From NCBI GenBank assembly GCA_963674595.2, contig CAXXFV010000004.1:64001-128000 (forward strand): DNA of 64,000 nucleotides, given 5' to 3'. Source of the stretch: a bacterium. GTDB lineage: Bacteria; Zhuqueibacterota; Zhuqueibacteria; Residuimicrobiales; Krinioviventaceae. Below are positions 20,535-31,654 of this stretch, one piece after another. Under the pieces are notes generated by a model. That model was given only the letters and a program-made list of their open reading frames with translations. It did not search any database and was not told where the DNA came from. Within the stretch, counting starts at the first letter, position 1; every line of letters starts with the position of its first letter. The translations under genes and the position numbers were made by a program.

Positions 20535-21020
20535 ATGAAACAGACAATGAGGTTGAAGTATATGGAAAAAAGGAACTATCGTAATCAGGAATCGAATGGT
20601 AAAATTATTCGGCTGGCCAAAAAAATTAAAGCTGAATTGGAAAATTCTATCGAACCCATATCACTCTCAAAATTAAATGCTTTTGAACGAAAATTGATTC
20701 ACAGACATTTTGATCACAATCCAAATATCGTTACAAAAACTTACCGATTTGGTGAAGATTATGAATTACGGGTTTATCCTGTCGGTAATTTGCGTCAATA
20801 CGCACAAAAAAAAGCAGATGAAGCGCTTCAAACAGGAAAAAAAATCACGTTACCGCATATGAGTAATTATGAAAGATTTGTCGTGCATGACACCCTGAAA
20901 GCAATTGACTCTATTAAATCCAGTAGTTTTGGTGAAGGTGAAGAGCGGCACATTGAAATTGAACCGGAAATGTTTGGAAGAGGTCTTAAACGTATTATTA
21001 AAAAAATTAAATTGTTCTAG
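20535..21020 (+). CDS. Protein with two tandem R3H nucleic-acid-binding domains
   Basis: LNAFERKLIH and MSNYERFVVH...SSSFGEGEERHI; both are RxxxH motifs in a Jag-like R3H context. Confidence 0.8.
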   Translation: MKQTMRLKYMEKRNYRNQESNGKIIRLAKKIKAELENSIEPISLSKLNAFERKLIHRHFDHNPNIVTKTYRFGEDYELRVYPVGNLRQYAQKKADEALQTGKKITLPHMSNYERFVVHDTLKAIDSIKSSSFGEGEERHIEIEPEMFGRGLKRIIKKIKLF

Positions 21021-22647
21021 TATCCACATAAACAGGATTTGTCAAACACAAATATTGCTGTAAATGATTGGAAGAAATTACCTGTATTCGCAAATATCCT
21101 CTTTCAGGTAGATCAAACAAATCAATTTCATATTGAAAAGTATAGGAACCCGGCGTATTGAGATCATTCAAATATGTACGGGTTTCTTTTTTGGTACGGC
21201 ATGAACCGGTGTACAGAACGACCTTATCAATTTTTCCAAATGCCGGTGTGGATAAAACATTAAGGACCAGCTTGCCCTGTTTTTGGGAAAAACAATCCCC
21301 TATTTCAAACACATTTTTGTTATCATCCAAAAGTTGAAATTCAGCAAAGGGTCCATCAGTAATAACGCACCGTCCCTTTTTTAAAGCTGAAATAATATTT
21401 TCCAGAGTAAAGCCATTTTTTACCAAAACAATGGTTTTGGCTTTACCAAACAGTTCAAATATCCCTTCTTTCATACTGGTAAAAGGCGTTTTTATCTGGC
21501 GAAACCTGCCAAAACTTCCGTGTGCATCATTACCGGCGTATATGGACAATCGATAACCGTCCAACAACAAGCGTGTCCACACCTTAATTCCCTTGCGAAA
21601 AGCCCGATCCTTTTCACTGTTCCAGATTTGCAGTCCATCCAGTCCGGGAACCGTGTAATCGTTATACTGCCATTTTCCGCGACGGATCAACAACCGTTGC
21701 AAAAACGGCGGTGTAATCTCCGGGTGAGCGGCAACAGCCATCGATTCTACCGATTTTTGACAAATTTCTGTAACAGACATATCCGGTTCTGTTTTCAGCC
21801 ATTTTTCCGCGCTGTCACCTTTGCCCGGATAAAATTGCTTATCCTTAATCACCAGCATGTGCACATTTTTATTTTGACAGTTTCCAACGGAAACTTCCTC
21901 ACCAGCCAATAAAAGAGGTTTTTTCTGTTCGCTGTTGATTTTCTGTACGGTTTCCTGTAAATAATTCCATTTAGGAAGAGAATCATCGTTTTGTAAATAA
22001 TCGTCCCATCTGTCATCCAGATCATAGGAATGGTCCGTTACGGCCACAAAATCAATTCCCATCGCGTCGGCCATTTTTGCGGTAACATGTAATGGGGCGC
22101 CGAATTCAACCTGGTCGGATGTTAAAAAACTGTGATAATGCAGATCACCATAATACCAGTTTTCCGATTTTGGAAGCGGATTTTCATCCACCAACACGGT
22201 AAAAGGTTCGTGCGACGTTTTGGCATAATTATCATTATGGCAGGTACGAATTTTTCCATTGATTTCATATTCCACAACAATATCAGCACGTACCGGCCCG
22301 GTTACATCAGGCAGACCGGCTTGAAACAAAAAATCAGCAAATTGTGTTTGTATTTTTTCCCCATTAAATATATGATTAAAAATAGTGTATTTTTTATCCT
22401 TAACATAGACATCAACATTCATTTTTTTTAATATGACCGGATATTTGTCCGCATCTTTAACAAACAGCAGTACCGGCAGTTTTTTACCCGGCTCCAACCG
22501 ATGCGGCACATCGGTTATAATTTCCGGTTCTTTTTTAAACAAACGGCTGAACACACCGGGAAACCGGTAATGAATTTCAGCATACAAGAAAAAAAGTATG
22601 GCCCCGAAAAACCCGTTTTCAAAGTCAAATAGCGTCATATTTTTCAT
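21007..22647 (-). CDS. PHP-domain metallohydrolase (CehA/McbA-like)
   Basis: GDLHYHS..TSD, AVTDHSYD, GEEVS, AAHP, AGNDAHG, ALKKGRCVITDGP. Confidence 0.85.
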   Translation of the reverse strand: MKNMTLFDFENGFFGAILFFLYAEIHYRFPGVFSRLFKKEPEIITDVPHRLEPGKKLPVLLFVKDADKYPVILKKMNVDVYVKDKKYTIFNHIFNGEKIQTQFADFLFQAGLPDVTGPVRADIVVEYEINGKIRTCHNDNYAKTSHEPFTVLVDENPLPKSENWYYGDLHYHSFLTSDQVEFGAPLHVTAKMADAMGIDFVAVTDHSYDLDDRWDDYLQNDDSLPKWNYLQETVQKINSEQKKPLLLAGEEVSVGNCQNKNVHMLVIKDKQFYPGKGDSAEKWLKTEPDMSVTEICQKSVESMAVAAHPEITPPFLQRLLIRRGKWQYNDYTVPGLDGLQIWNSEKDRAFRKGIKVWTRLLLDGYRLSIYAGNDAHGSFGRFRQIKTPFTSMKEGIFELFGKAKTIVLVKNGFTLENIISALKKGRCVITDGPFAEFQLLDDNKNVFEIGDCFSQKQGKLVLNVLSTPAFGKIDKVVLYTGSCRTKKETRTYLNDLNTPGSYTFQYEIDLFDLPERGYLRIQVISSNHLQQYLCLTNPVYVDTRTI

Positions 22648-23668
22648 TTATCTCATTTAATATTTCAAGCACCGGACGACGATCAATACGTCCACTTTTT
22701 TCCAGATAATAACGGTAGATATATTTATACCATGAATATTTTATTTTTGCCTGAATACTTTGTAAAAAATACGAATCCAGCTCATACATAAACGACGGAT
22801 CAAAATAACAGTTTAACACACATCCCTGACAAAAGGAAAAACATCCCTGTTTCTGTAAAAATTCAGTAAATTCCGGACTTTGGCGAATAGTTTTCAAGGA
22901 TGTTGATATTTTAATTTTCTTTTGATAAAAATGATAACATGGCAGCAAAACACAATTATCCGGAGAAATAACAATTGCAGAGTTGACCACCTTACATTTT
23001 GATTTATTAACATTATTGCCGCCGGCCTTTCTCAACGTGTGAAAAGCTTTATTCACGTAAACGAAGGGAAGTTTGGCGTATTTTTCAATTTCATCCAGGT
23101 ATTGTGAATCTAAATTATGATTTTGTATATGCGAAAAAACCGGATTGACTATCAGCATAAATCCGGTTCTACGGGCAAAAGCAGCCGCTTGTGGCAATTG
23201 CGAAATATTGTCTTTTGTAACGGTATAAAGTAAATCCGGTTTTTCGTCCAATTCCCGGGCGATGTTTATACTCTGCATAACGGTATCAAAACATTTTTGT
23301 CCCCTAATTTCATCATGGTCATCGGCATTCATCGAATCCAGTGAAAAATGTAAAAAATCGACCCGCCCTTTTAACGCTTGCGCCATGTGCGGATACCGGA
23401 GGCAATTGGTTGTCAGCGTCGTTCGAAGTCCTGTTTTTTTTGCAAAGTCCAGCATATCCGGTAAATCCGGATTAAGTAATGGCTCTCCACCGGTAAAATC
23501 AACAAAACGCACACCCAGTTGCCGGGCTTCAACCAGGTTTTTTTTCACATCATCAAACTCGGCTTTGATGTGGTTCTCTTTATTTTCATTTTTCCAAATA
23601 TCACAAAACCGGCATTTGCAGTTACATTGATAGGTTATATAATAATGTAAAAGTATGGGCGGCAGCAT
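22625..23668 (-). CDS. Radical SAM enzyme with C-terminal Cys-rich (Twitch/SPASM-like) segment
   Basis: CNCKCRFC, FTGGEPLL; C-terminal KC..., LPCYH, FCQGCVLNCY. Confidence 0.9.
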   Translation of the reverse strand: MLPPILLHYYITYQCNCKCRFCDIWKNENKENHIKAEFDDVKKNLVEARQLGVRFVDFTGGEPLLNPDLPDMLDFAKKTGLRTTLTTNCLRYPHMAQALKGRVDFLHFSLDSMNADDHDEIRGQKCFDTVMQSINIARELDEKPDLLYTVTKDNISQLPQAAAFARRTGFMLIVNPVFSHIQNHNLDSQYLDEIEKYAKLPFVYVNKAFHTLRKAGGNNVNKSKCKVVNSAIVISPDNCVLLPCYHFYQKKIKISTSLKTIRQSPEFTEFLQKQGCFSFCQGCVLNCYFDPSFMYELDSYFLQSIQAKIKYSWYKYIYRYYLEKSGRIDRRPVLEILNEINEKYDAI

Positions 23669-23670
23669 GT

Positions 23671-24798
23671 TTATGCTCTGAAATTCATTGTTTCAACAAC
23701 AAATTGTTCGCCCTTCCACTTGACCTTTGAATCAAATAAAAACAAAACCGGAAAAAAGACAGAATATCCAAAATATAAAATCTGGAAGGGCAAAAAATAT
23801 TTCAACAAATCAAATCTATCGAATTTTTTAACAACAGGCAATACGACAAGGAAATCAGAAACAATTTTTATCAACAATCCCGCAAAATAAAGTTGTAACG
23901 GTAAAAACAACCAACCAGTCATAATTATCAAGTGGGATAAAATACAAATCCCCATTAAACTTTTTGCAAAGGGCCTGGCCGCTTTTGCACCGATATACCA
24001 TCTTTTACGTTGTTGATAAAACCCGGTAATTGTTGAAACCGGCTGACTTTTAACAACAGCAGAGGGAGATGTTGTAAAATTTATTTTCCATTTTTTTTGT
24101 TTATTCAAAGCATCGATCAGGGCAAAATCTTCAACCAGACTAAAGCCTAACTTTCGGAACCCGCCAACCTGCTCATAAACAGAGCGGCGAAGAGCAAGGT
24201 TATTCCCCATCCAGCTTGCCGGTTTGCCGAGTATGCCACAGGCAGCGGCAACAGAAACAAGAAACAACTGGTCCATGGATTGTATTTTCCCTGAAATGGA
24301 TAAACGATCATGCTTTTTATCCAATAACGTGTAGCCGCCAACCAGTCCGGTTTGAGGACTAAAACGCTGTAAAAGTGTTGTTATCCAGTTTTCAGGAACA
24401 CTACAATCGGCATCTGTAAAAAAAAGAAACTCGCCATGACTTTGATCGATTCCTTCCAACAGCACACCGGCTTTTCCCGGCCTTTTTTTATTTTTCGATT
24501 CAAGGTAAATATATTTTATATGCGGGTGTACCTTTGTATATTTGGAAATTATTTGAGCAGACTGGTCTTTAGAATCATCATCCACAAGTATAATTTCCAT
24601 TTTTTCAACAGGATAATTGAGACTAACCAGCGATTGTATACATTTTTCCAGCGTTACAGCTTCGTTTTTAACGGCAATAATGATGGAAATAAACGGCTGC
24701 ACAATATCATTCTGATGTTCTTTTTTTAATAAAGCCCATGCAAGAATGAATGAAAAGAGAGCATAACTGAATATGCATATTAAAAAGACAATGTTCAC
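23671..24798 (-). CDS. Membrane GT2 glycosyltransferase (paralog 5)
   Basis: N-terminal TM, IIAVKNE, VDDDSKD, FTDADC, GNNLALRR, LVEDF, QRKRW, C-terminal TMs, VKWKG. Confidence 0.92.
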   Translation of the reverse strand: MNIVFLICIFSYALFSFILAWALLKKEHQNDIVQPFISIIIAVKNEAVTLEKCIQSLVSLNYPVEKMEIILVDDDSKDQSAQIISKYTKVHPHIKYIYLESKNKKRPGKAGVLLEGIDQSHGEFLFFTDADCSVPENWITTLLQRFSPQTGLVGGYTLLDKKHDRLSISGKIQSMDQLFLVSVAAACGILGKPASWMGNNLALRRSVYEQVGGFRKLGFSLVEDFALIDALNKQKKWKINFTTSPSAVVKSQPVSTITGFYQQRKRWYIGAKAARPFAKSLMGICILSHLIIMTGWLFLPLQLYFAGLLIKIVSDFLVVLPVVKKFDRFDLLKYFLPFQILYFGYSVFFPVLFLFDSKVKWKGEQFVVETMNFRA

Positions 24799-25580
24799 TG
24801 TTTGCGGACCCTTTCCAATCTCATTTGTACGGAACCACCCTGACCACCAAACTCGAGATAAAGCGGTAATTTTTGGTCATCGTTTGATAATATGATTAAA
24901 AGTTTGGAATCCGGTCCGGCAATCCTGTTTGTAAACAGGTCCGTTTTCCAGGGACGTCTTTTGTAATCAGGAAATGAGGAAAACTCAAAGGTATACATCA
25001 ATACCGGCAGATATGAAAAATCACCTTTTACATTCTCAGTCTGACGCACCACACCGTTCATTTTCCAGAATTCGTTTTCAACATCAAGGATAAATTCAAG
25101 ACTGTCACCCGGTTCAACCTTCATAGTCCGTAGATTATATAACAAAGATAATAAATTTTGCGAATGAGGACGAATATTATAAAACAATGTATCATTAACA
25201 GCAGCGATCAATTTTCCATGATCGTAATGTATGTTCATATTTTGTTCTATGTTCTTTTGATGGATTTTTTTTTCAACAGATAAAAGTCGTCCGGAAGCGT
25301 CCATGGTTGTTTTATATTGATTATCAATCTTGAACAAAAAAGAATAAAATCCCCTGGTAGCCACATTCCATAGAACAGTATAGTTATTACTATTATTATG
25401 TGATGTTTGAAAAATCATTGTGGATTTGGCTGATCCAAGCCCTTTATAACTTAATGAAAAATCTAATTTTTCATTAAGAAACGGACCATATTTTAAACTA
25501 GCAGAGTTATCGGTTTGACACAGAACGGGATTTGAAAAAAGGATGTAAAGATATAAAAGTAAAACTAGAATTTTTTCCAT
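24795..25580 (-). CDS. Secreted DUF3108-like protein
   Basis: Signal peptide, EKLDFSLSYKGLG, FLFKIDNQY, NLLSLLYNLR, ILSNDDQKLP pattern. Confidence 0.65.
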   Translation of the reverse strand: MEKILVLLLYLYILFSNPVLCQTDNSASLKYGPFLNEKLDFSLSYKGLGSAKSTMIFQTSHNNSNNYTVLWNVATRGFYSFLFKIDNQYKTTMDASGRLLSVEKKIHQKNIEQNMNIHYDHGKLIAAVNDTLFYNIRPHSQNLLSLLYNLRTMKVEPGDSLEFILDVENEFWKMNGVVRQTENVKGDFSYLPVLMYTFEFSSFPDYKRRPWKTDLFTNRIAGPDSKLLIILSNDDQKLPLYLEFGGQGGSVQMRLERVRKQ

Positions 25581-26785
25581 ATAGACACAAATTTTTGTAG
25601 TAATGGTTTAACAGGACCAACTGAAGCAGCATGGTCCCGCCCTTTCCAGTTATAATTTCCAAATGTTCCTGCCAGTCCGACAATGACGATATAAGGCATT
25701 TGTAAAATAAACCATAGAGGAAAAAATCGTAACAAGTCCTGACGTTTAAAAATTTTCGCCCCGGTAAACCCAACAAGCAATTCAGCAGCCGCTTTGGCGG
25801 CCAGACAAACAGTAAAAACCGATAAATAGGAACCGAAAATAGCGGCCAGGGCAAATCCGAAAAACAGAAACAGGTTGCTCATTAAAACCAAAACAAGATA
25901 TATGAAAAACGGAATATTTTGTTTCAATTGATAAGAACCGTTGGAAGCCCATCTTTTTCGTTGGTTGATGAGACTGTTCAAAGTCGGTTGAGGTTCGGAA
26001 ACAGCAAAAGCAGCATCGGAAAAGGCAAAAACGGTTTTAAACGGTGTATACTTGCGAATTAGCTGTAAAAGCAAAACATCATCGCCGGAAATACGGTCTG
26101 CTACCTTTTTATAGCCCCCAACCATTTCAAAGGCCGTCCGCCGATAAGCCAAATTCTGACCAGAAGCGGCTAAAGGCATACCCAGGTTACAGGTTGCGGC
26201 AGTAGCGCTCATAAGCTGTAAAAAGTCGAGAGCTTGAAGATTTTCAACCAAATTTTGTTTTTCACCAGGCTTTCCATATTGTGAAAAGCCGACGACAAAA
26301 CCGACCTTGGGTGTAAAACAGGAAACCATTGTCTCAATCCATCGAGAACCGACGCGGCAATCCGCATCTGTTGCCAGTATAATATCACTTCTGGACATTC
26401 TTATGGCGCTTTGTAAAACATATTTTTTAGGACTGAATCCCGTTGGTATTTTTGAAACCTGAATGAGTCGAATATTATTAAACTTTTGAGAAAATCTTTC
26501 AACAATATTGGCGGTTTTATCTGTCGACCCGTCGTCCGCCACAATAATTTCAAATTTATCAACGGGATAGGTCTGACAAACAAGATCATTTAAAATGTTT
26601 TCAATGTTTTTTTCTTCATTTCGGGCGGCAATAATAACACTGGCGCTTAAAATCTCTTTATTTACACTTTTTCGTCGTAAATGAATGCCTACAAAAAAAA
26701 CAAAAAGAGTAAAGACATACAACAAAGTAAATAATAGAGTTATTTGTGATAAAAAAACCAAAGAGACCTGCCAGTTTATTTCCAT
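25565..26785 (-). CDS. Membrane GT2 glycosyltransferase (paralog 4)
   Basis: IAARNEE, DDGSTD, PKK, TDADC, GQNLAYRR, SGDDV, QRKRWASNG, WKGR. Confidence 0.92.
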   Translation of the reverse strand: MEINWQVSLVFLSQITLLFTLLYVFTLFVFFVGIHLRRKSVNKEILSASVIIAARNEEKNIENILNDLVCQTYPVDKFEIIVADDGSTDKTANIVERFSQKFNNIRLIQVSKIPTGFSPKKYVLQSAIRMSRSDIILATDADCRVGSRWIETMVSCFTPKVGFVVGFSQYGKPGEKQNLVENLQALDFLQLMSATAATCNLGMPLAASGQNLAYRRTAFEMVGGYKKVADRISGDDVLLLQLIRKYTPFKTVFAFSDAAFAVSEPQPTLNSLINQRKRWASNGSYQLKQNIPFFIYLVLVLMSNLFLFFGFALAAIFGSYLSVFTVCLAAKAAAELLVGFTGAKIFKRQDLLRFFPLWFILQMPYIVIVGLAGTFGNYNWKGRDHAASVGPVKPLLQKFVSIWKKF

Positions 26786-27888
26786 TCAATCTTTTTTAAT
26801 TGCCCAAGCAGCCCAAAAACCACAATATAAGGAACATGAAACATTGCAGCCAGGGGAAATACAGACAAAAACTTTTTTCTTTGCATTTGTTTTGCATAAA
26901 CAAACAGTAAAACAAATTCCGATATAGTTTTAAACCCGAAACATAATATAGGTAATAAATTTTTATTATCCAAGCAGGACAATGGGACAAGCACCAAAAA
27001 CAAAAGATTAAAAAGATAATAGACGGCCAGGGCAATCACCATTTTGGGCGTGTAATGCAACCCTTTGGAAGCATGGCGGATGCGTTGAAGAACAAACTGC
27101 CGAAAAGAGTTTAACAATCTCGTCGGAACAGCCAACGCACCTTGAAAAGCATAGGCAATTTTCCATGATGTTTTTTCAAGGACCAATTTTAAAAATAAAT
27201 CATCATCACCGGAGACAAATTGTTCAATGTCCTTAAATCCACCGACCTCATAAAACAGCTTTTTTCGATAGGCCAGATTTCGGCCATTACAAGTGGCAGG
27301 TCGTCCCCAACCGGTCGTGCCGGCGGCAACGGCTGCCAGGGAAAGGGCTTCCAGGGCAATCAAATAATCTGCTATCTTTTTTGGATCAGGATGTTCATAA
27401 GGAGAAAAGCCCAAAACCATACCGATATCAGGTGTAAAGTAAGAGACCAACCCGCTGATCCATCGTTCAGGGGGAAAACAGTCCGCATCCGTCAATAAAA
27501 TAATTTCACCTTCTGCCCTGTCAATACCGGCTGTAATGGCATTTTTTTTGGGAGAAACAACCGCATCACGGTTTTGGGATGCTATTAAGGTTATGTTTAC
27601 GTCCCCATGTTTATCGGAAAAATCCCTGACATATTCTGCAGTGTGGTCCTGCGACTGGTCATCGACAAAAATAATCTGATACTTTTCTTTAGGATAATCC
27701 TGTTGATACAAAGCCGAAAGCAATTCTTTTACATTTTTTTCTTCATTACGACCGGCAATCACCACGGAAACAAAAGGTAAATTTTCATTGTCCGGTTTTG
27801 GTAAACGGAAAAAACCAGCCAATATAAAAACAATAATAAAACAATAAACCACTGTAAAGATAAAAAGGATAATCGATAAAGTAACCAC
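26776..27888 (-). CDS. Membrane GT2 glycosyltransferase (paralog 3)
   Basis: IAGRNEE, DDQSQD, PKKNA, TDADC, GRNLAYRK, SGDDD, QRIRHASKG. Confidence 0.92.
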   Translation of the reverse strand: MVTLSIILFIFTVVYCFIIVFILAGFFRLPKPDNENLPFVSVVIAGRNEEKNVKELLSALYQQDYPKEKYQIIFVDDQSQDHTAEYVRDFSDKHGDVNITLIASQNRDAVVSPKKNAITAGIDRAEGEIILLTDADCFPPERWISGLVSYFTPDIGMVLGFSPYEHPDPKKIADYLIALEALSLAAVAAGTTGWGRPATCNGRNLAYRKKLFYEVGGFKDIEQFVSGDDDLFLKLVLEKTSWKIAYAFQGALAVPTRLLNSFRQFVLQRIRHASKGLHYTPKMVIALAVYYLFNLLFLVLVPLSCLDNKNLLPILCFGFKTISEFVLLFVYAKQMQRKKFLSVFPLAAMFHVPYIVVFGLLGQLKKIEWK

Positions 27889-27921
27889 AAGAATCCATTC
27901 GAATTTATATTTTGTTCTGGA

Positions 27922-29491
27922 CTAGTAATTGATAAAAAATTCAAAACGCGCTAAATGGTCATTAAAATCATTATCCAAAATATGACCGGTATTTTTTGTG
28001 TTTGAAAAAGTGTATGATAATGACAGAAAAATATCCCGACGGATTTGATTTCTCAATTTAAAACCTAACAATTGACGGCTTTCAACCACACCTTCCAAAA
28101 ATATTTTCCTATCCCCTTCAAAAGGACGTGTTTTAGTATTTGCTTCACCTTCACCGGACCTGATTTTTTCATAAAAGCATTCCAGGCGTACATCGCGATG
28201 AAAATTTATACCAAACTGAACAAACAAATCATCAGCGTCCGGGCCCATCCAATTGCCAATAACGTTATCATAATTCGTATAAATATTCATTGAATCCCAA
28301 TGCGTATAAACATAAGGATCAATACGAGTATATTCTAATCGAAAATCAGAATTATCCAGTCCCAGGGGGTTCACCCAATGAGCACCAGCCAAAAACCCAA
28401 GCTTTGTTCCAAAATATTTAAATGGATTTTTAGACGAATTCATATCGTCCACAAAAAGTTCGGCATAAGCCTTTACACAAGGTATCAACGTAACATTAAG
28501 GTCAAAAAACAGATTATTGTTATCCTTATCACCCAGATGATGTTCGGCGACATGGTAAGGCATAATCGGATTAAGATAAGCAAGTTCTACATTTCGGTTG
28601 CCATATATCACCGTTTCTCCGGCGCCAAACACAATACCAGGTTTTATCAGGATATCCAAACGATGGGCGGCCAGGTATTTTGAACCGAGACTGCTGCTGA
28701 GAAAACTATGAAGACTTGGTAAATTTGAATCGTTTGAAACGGAGATTAAAGCGAATCATATTTTCCGGCAGCATATTACTGGAAATAGCCGGGTTCCCAC
28801 GATATCCGGGTCCCCAGGCAATTTCATCTTTGCCTATTTCTATATTTATTTTGTGTGTTCCATAATATAAATAGGCAATCGCCTGGTCCTGGTATACGTT
28901 TTCACCAACCTTACCTATAGGTCTTCCCTGAGAAATATTAAAATTTTCTCGATCGACATCATCTCCCCGTGTCATCATATTTTGCGCATCAAGGTAAAAA
29001 TCAATTTTATTCAAGACTGATCCTCGGATAATGGCACCCGCTGTTGTTTCAGAAATAAGCAGATCCGGATCATATTGCTCACCCTTTTTAGATATAACGG
29101 CTTCCCTTGCATAAACATCGCCGTAAAAGAAACCGGTAGAATCCGAGTAATAAAGTGTGTGCTTTTCACGGGATTTTATGAATACCTTGGGATCAATTGC
29201 TTTAATCTCATCAATAAAATCACCTTTTAACTGTTCCAATGTCTCCGTTTCAACACGGGAAAGTCTTATTTCTCCCCTTTCCTGCTTTTTCTCCACCTGG
29301 TACAAAAAATCAGCAAATATATAACGCGAAACCGGTCGTGTATTTAAATCCATAGAAAAAACACCCCGGGCCTCCATACGGTCCAAAAACTCATATCCCC
29401 AATAATCCAAAGGGACATTCACCAAACCAGCCGCATATAATGACGTAACAGAAAGTACAATTAAAAAAAAGATTCTAATTTTATTCACCAC
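27922..29491 (-). CDS. Capsule assembly Wzi-family outer-membrane protein, split by a frameshift (~28715)
   Basis: N-terminal NVPLDYWGYEFLDRMEARG, IGKDEIAWGPG; rejoins as FTSLHSFLSSSLGSKYLAAHRLDI...GETVIY...YLNPI, YAELFVDD, EYTRIDPYVYTH, GNWMGPDAD. Confidence 0.8.
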
Positions 29492-29524
29492 AAAAGCCTC
29501 AAAAAAATTATATTGATAAACATT

Positions 29525-30684
29525 TCAACCCTGTTCAGCCGGATCGATTTTTCCCTTTTTATAAAAACGGCCTTTCCACTGAAAACGGCCGCTCAAGCTT
29601 AATATACCCATAAAAACAATATATAACATCTGAAATACTTGCGCAATCAGGAAAAACAGCCATGAGAATTTAATTCCCACCAACCGCATTCCTTTTCGAA
29701 TAAAAATCGAATCCGTAAAAATTTTACTCAACAAAAAAAAACAGGGGCGCCCAAACCGGTAATGATGAAAAAAGGCTTAAAAAAGGACCGGCCAATATCA
29801 GCACAAAACAAATATAAGCAAATCCTTCAAAAATCAAAACCGATTTCGGGTAACAGTTTCCCTTGGAAGACCAACGCATTCTTTGCATAAAAAAATCTTT
29901 TAACGATGGATTGCACCCGGTAGTGACGATTGCCTTTTTATTCAAACAAAAATTATAGTCCCATTGACCATGTTTTGAAACTTTTTGCAAAAACAAATCA
30001 TCATCACCGGAACCGTATTCGTAAATACCATCAAATCCATCAACAGCCAGGAAAACATCCCGCCGATAGCTGAAATTTGCACCATTTGCCATAAAAGGCT
30101 TTTTTAAACCAAAACCGGCGGCACCGATTAAAACCAAAGACAAAGAATCCAGCATTTCCAGCTTGCTCAACAATGAATTGTCCGGTTTGACCACAAGCCA
30201 GGACGCAACGACACCGGTATCAGGCGAATAGCACTCAACCATTGACTGAAGCCAATAGGGACCGGCGACACAATCCGCATCAATAGTCAAAACTATATCA
30301 CCCTGACTATTTTGAACACCCAGTTCGATGGCGCGTTTTTTTTGCCGAATAAGCTGATGACGTCTCTTTAAGATAAAAATATTTAACATGCGAAAATTTT
30401 TCCTGAAAACTCATGATAATATTTCGAGTGTTGTCTGTAGAAGCATCATCAACAACAATCACTTCATAGCAATTTTCAGGGAAAACCTGAGATGTCAAAG
30501 ACGACAGGCATTTTTCGATATTTTCCTGCTCATTTCGCGCCGGAACAATAACCGTAACAAAACCGGAAAATTTATTTTTTTTCTGTTGTTTAGCCAGCCG
30601 TAAAAGTCCATACAACAAAGCTAAAATCGATACACTATATATAACGGCCGAAATAATATAAAAACAGGTTAAAAACTCAATCAT
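29525..30684 (-). CDS. Membrane GT2 glycosyltransferase (paralog 2), split by two frameshifts (~30340, ~29735)
   Basis: Fragments VPARNEQ/DDASTD + KKRA/IDADC/GANFSYRR/SGDDD/QRMRWSSKG + C-terminal WKGR; both breaks lie in A/T runs. Confidence 0.88.
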
Positions 30685-31649
30685 AACTCGGTTCTTTTTC
30701 CAATTGATGTATTTGTGACCGGTTTTTTAAAATCGGATACAATCCGGCAATAGCCGGTATCATAATATTTATAAGGAACAAAAGGAGTGAGGCATCAAAA
30801 GCGGCAGCCTGGGGAACAGACAACCGTCCCAACAATAAAACAGAAGCGCTTTCACGGACACCAAGGTCTCCAAAGGAGATCGGGACAAATGATTTTGCCA
30901 ATAAAATTGAAGCCACGGCAGCCCAGCCATTTACAAAACCGACAGGGTGAAAGGCATTTACCAAAAAATAAAATTGTAACTGATAAACAAGTACATTGGC
31001 CGCAACAATAAAAATCAATTTTATGATGCGTTTTTTTGAAAGCCGGGTTAAACTTGAAAAAAACTGTTCGATTTTGGGATGTTTTTTAAAACGGTCTTGA
31101 AAACGCAGGAACAACCTTTTTAATAAAACAGGGTGTGTTATAAAATACAAAATCAAACAACAGATACAACAAACAGCCGCGACAATTAACCACCTGACAC
31201 CGATAGAGAGGTATTGATGAAAAAGCAATAAAAAAACCGACAATTCCCAAAAGATAAATAAAAAAGATCGAAATAAACTTTTCAACGACAATAAATCCTA
31301 ACAAACGCGGCCAGCATCCCTGTTTAATAAAAAAACACCTTCCGTATTCTCCTACCCGACCCGGTGTGATAAATCCCAGGGTCATTCCGGCGAGCAATGA
31401 TAAAAATATCTCGCCATTTCGACTTTGTACATTATCCAAACGGACCAAAAGCTGCCAACGTTTATACTGCAAAAAGATATTAACCGGCAGCAATAACAAC
31501 GCAAACAAAACATAGGGCCAGGCCGCTGATTGCAGAGCATTATAAATTTCACTGATGCTGATTTTTTTTACAAGGACAAATAAAATCAACAGGGCAATAC
31601 AAACTTTAATTGCAAACAAAACCTTTTTGTTAAAAAACCTGAAATGCAA
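30677..31649 (-). CDS. Lysylphosphatidylglycerol-synthase TM domain (UPF0104, flippase-like) protein, frameshift ~31232
   Basis: RWQLL, GFITPGRVGEYGR, VEK; second half PISFGDLGVRESA; break at a minus-strand T-run. Confidence 0.85.
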
Positions 31650-31654
31650 ATATG

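Noticed and set aside
22625-23668. Radical SAM as a RiPP maturase or archaeal tetraether synthase
   Set aside because: No precursor peptide or RRE nearby. At 347 aa it is too short and lacks the extra N-terminal Cys/His metal-binding domain of Tes-type enzymes.
27922-29491. Wzi as evidence for a classical group 1 capsule locus
   Set aside because: No wza, wzb, wzc, wzx or wzy, and no nucleotide-sugar genes in the window.
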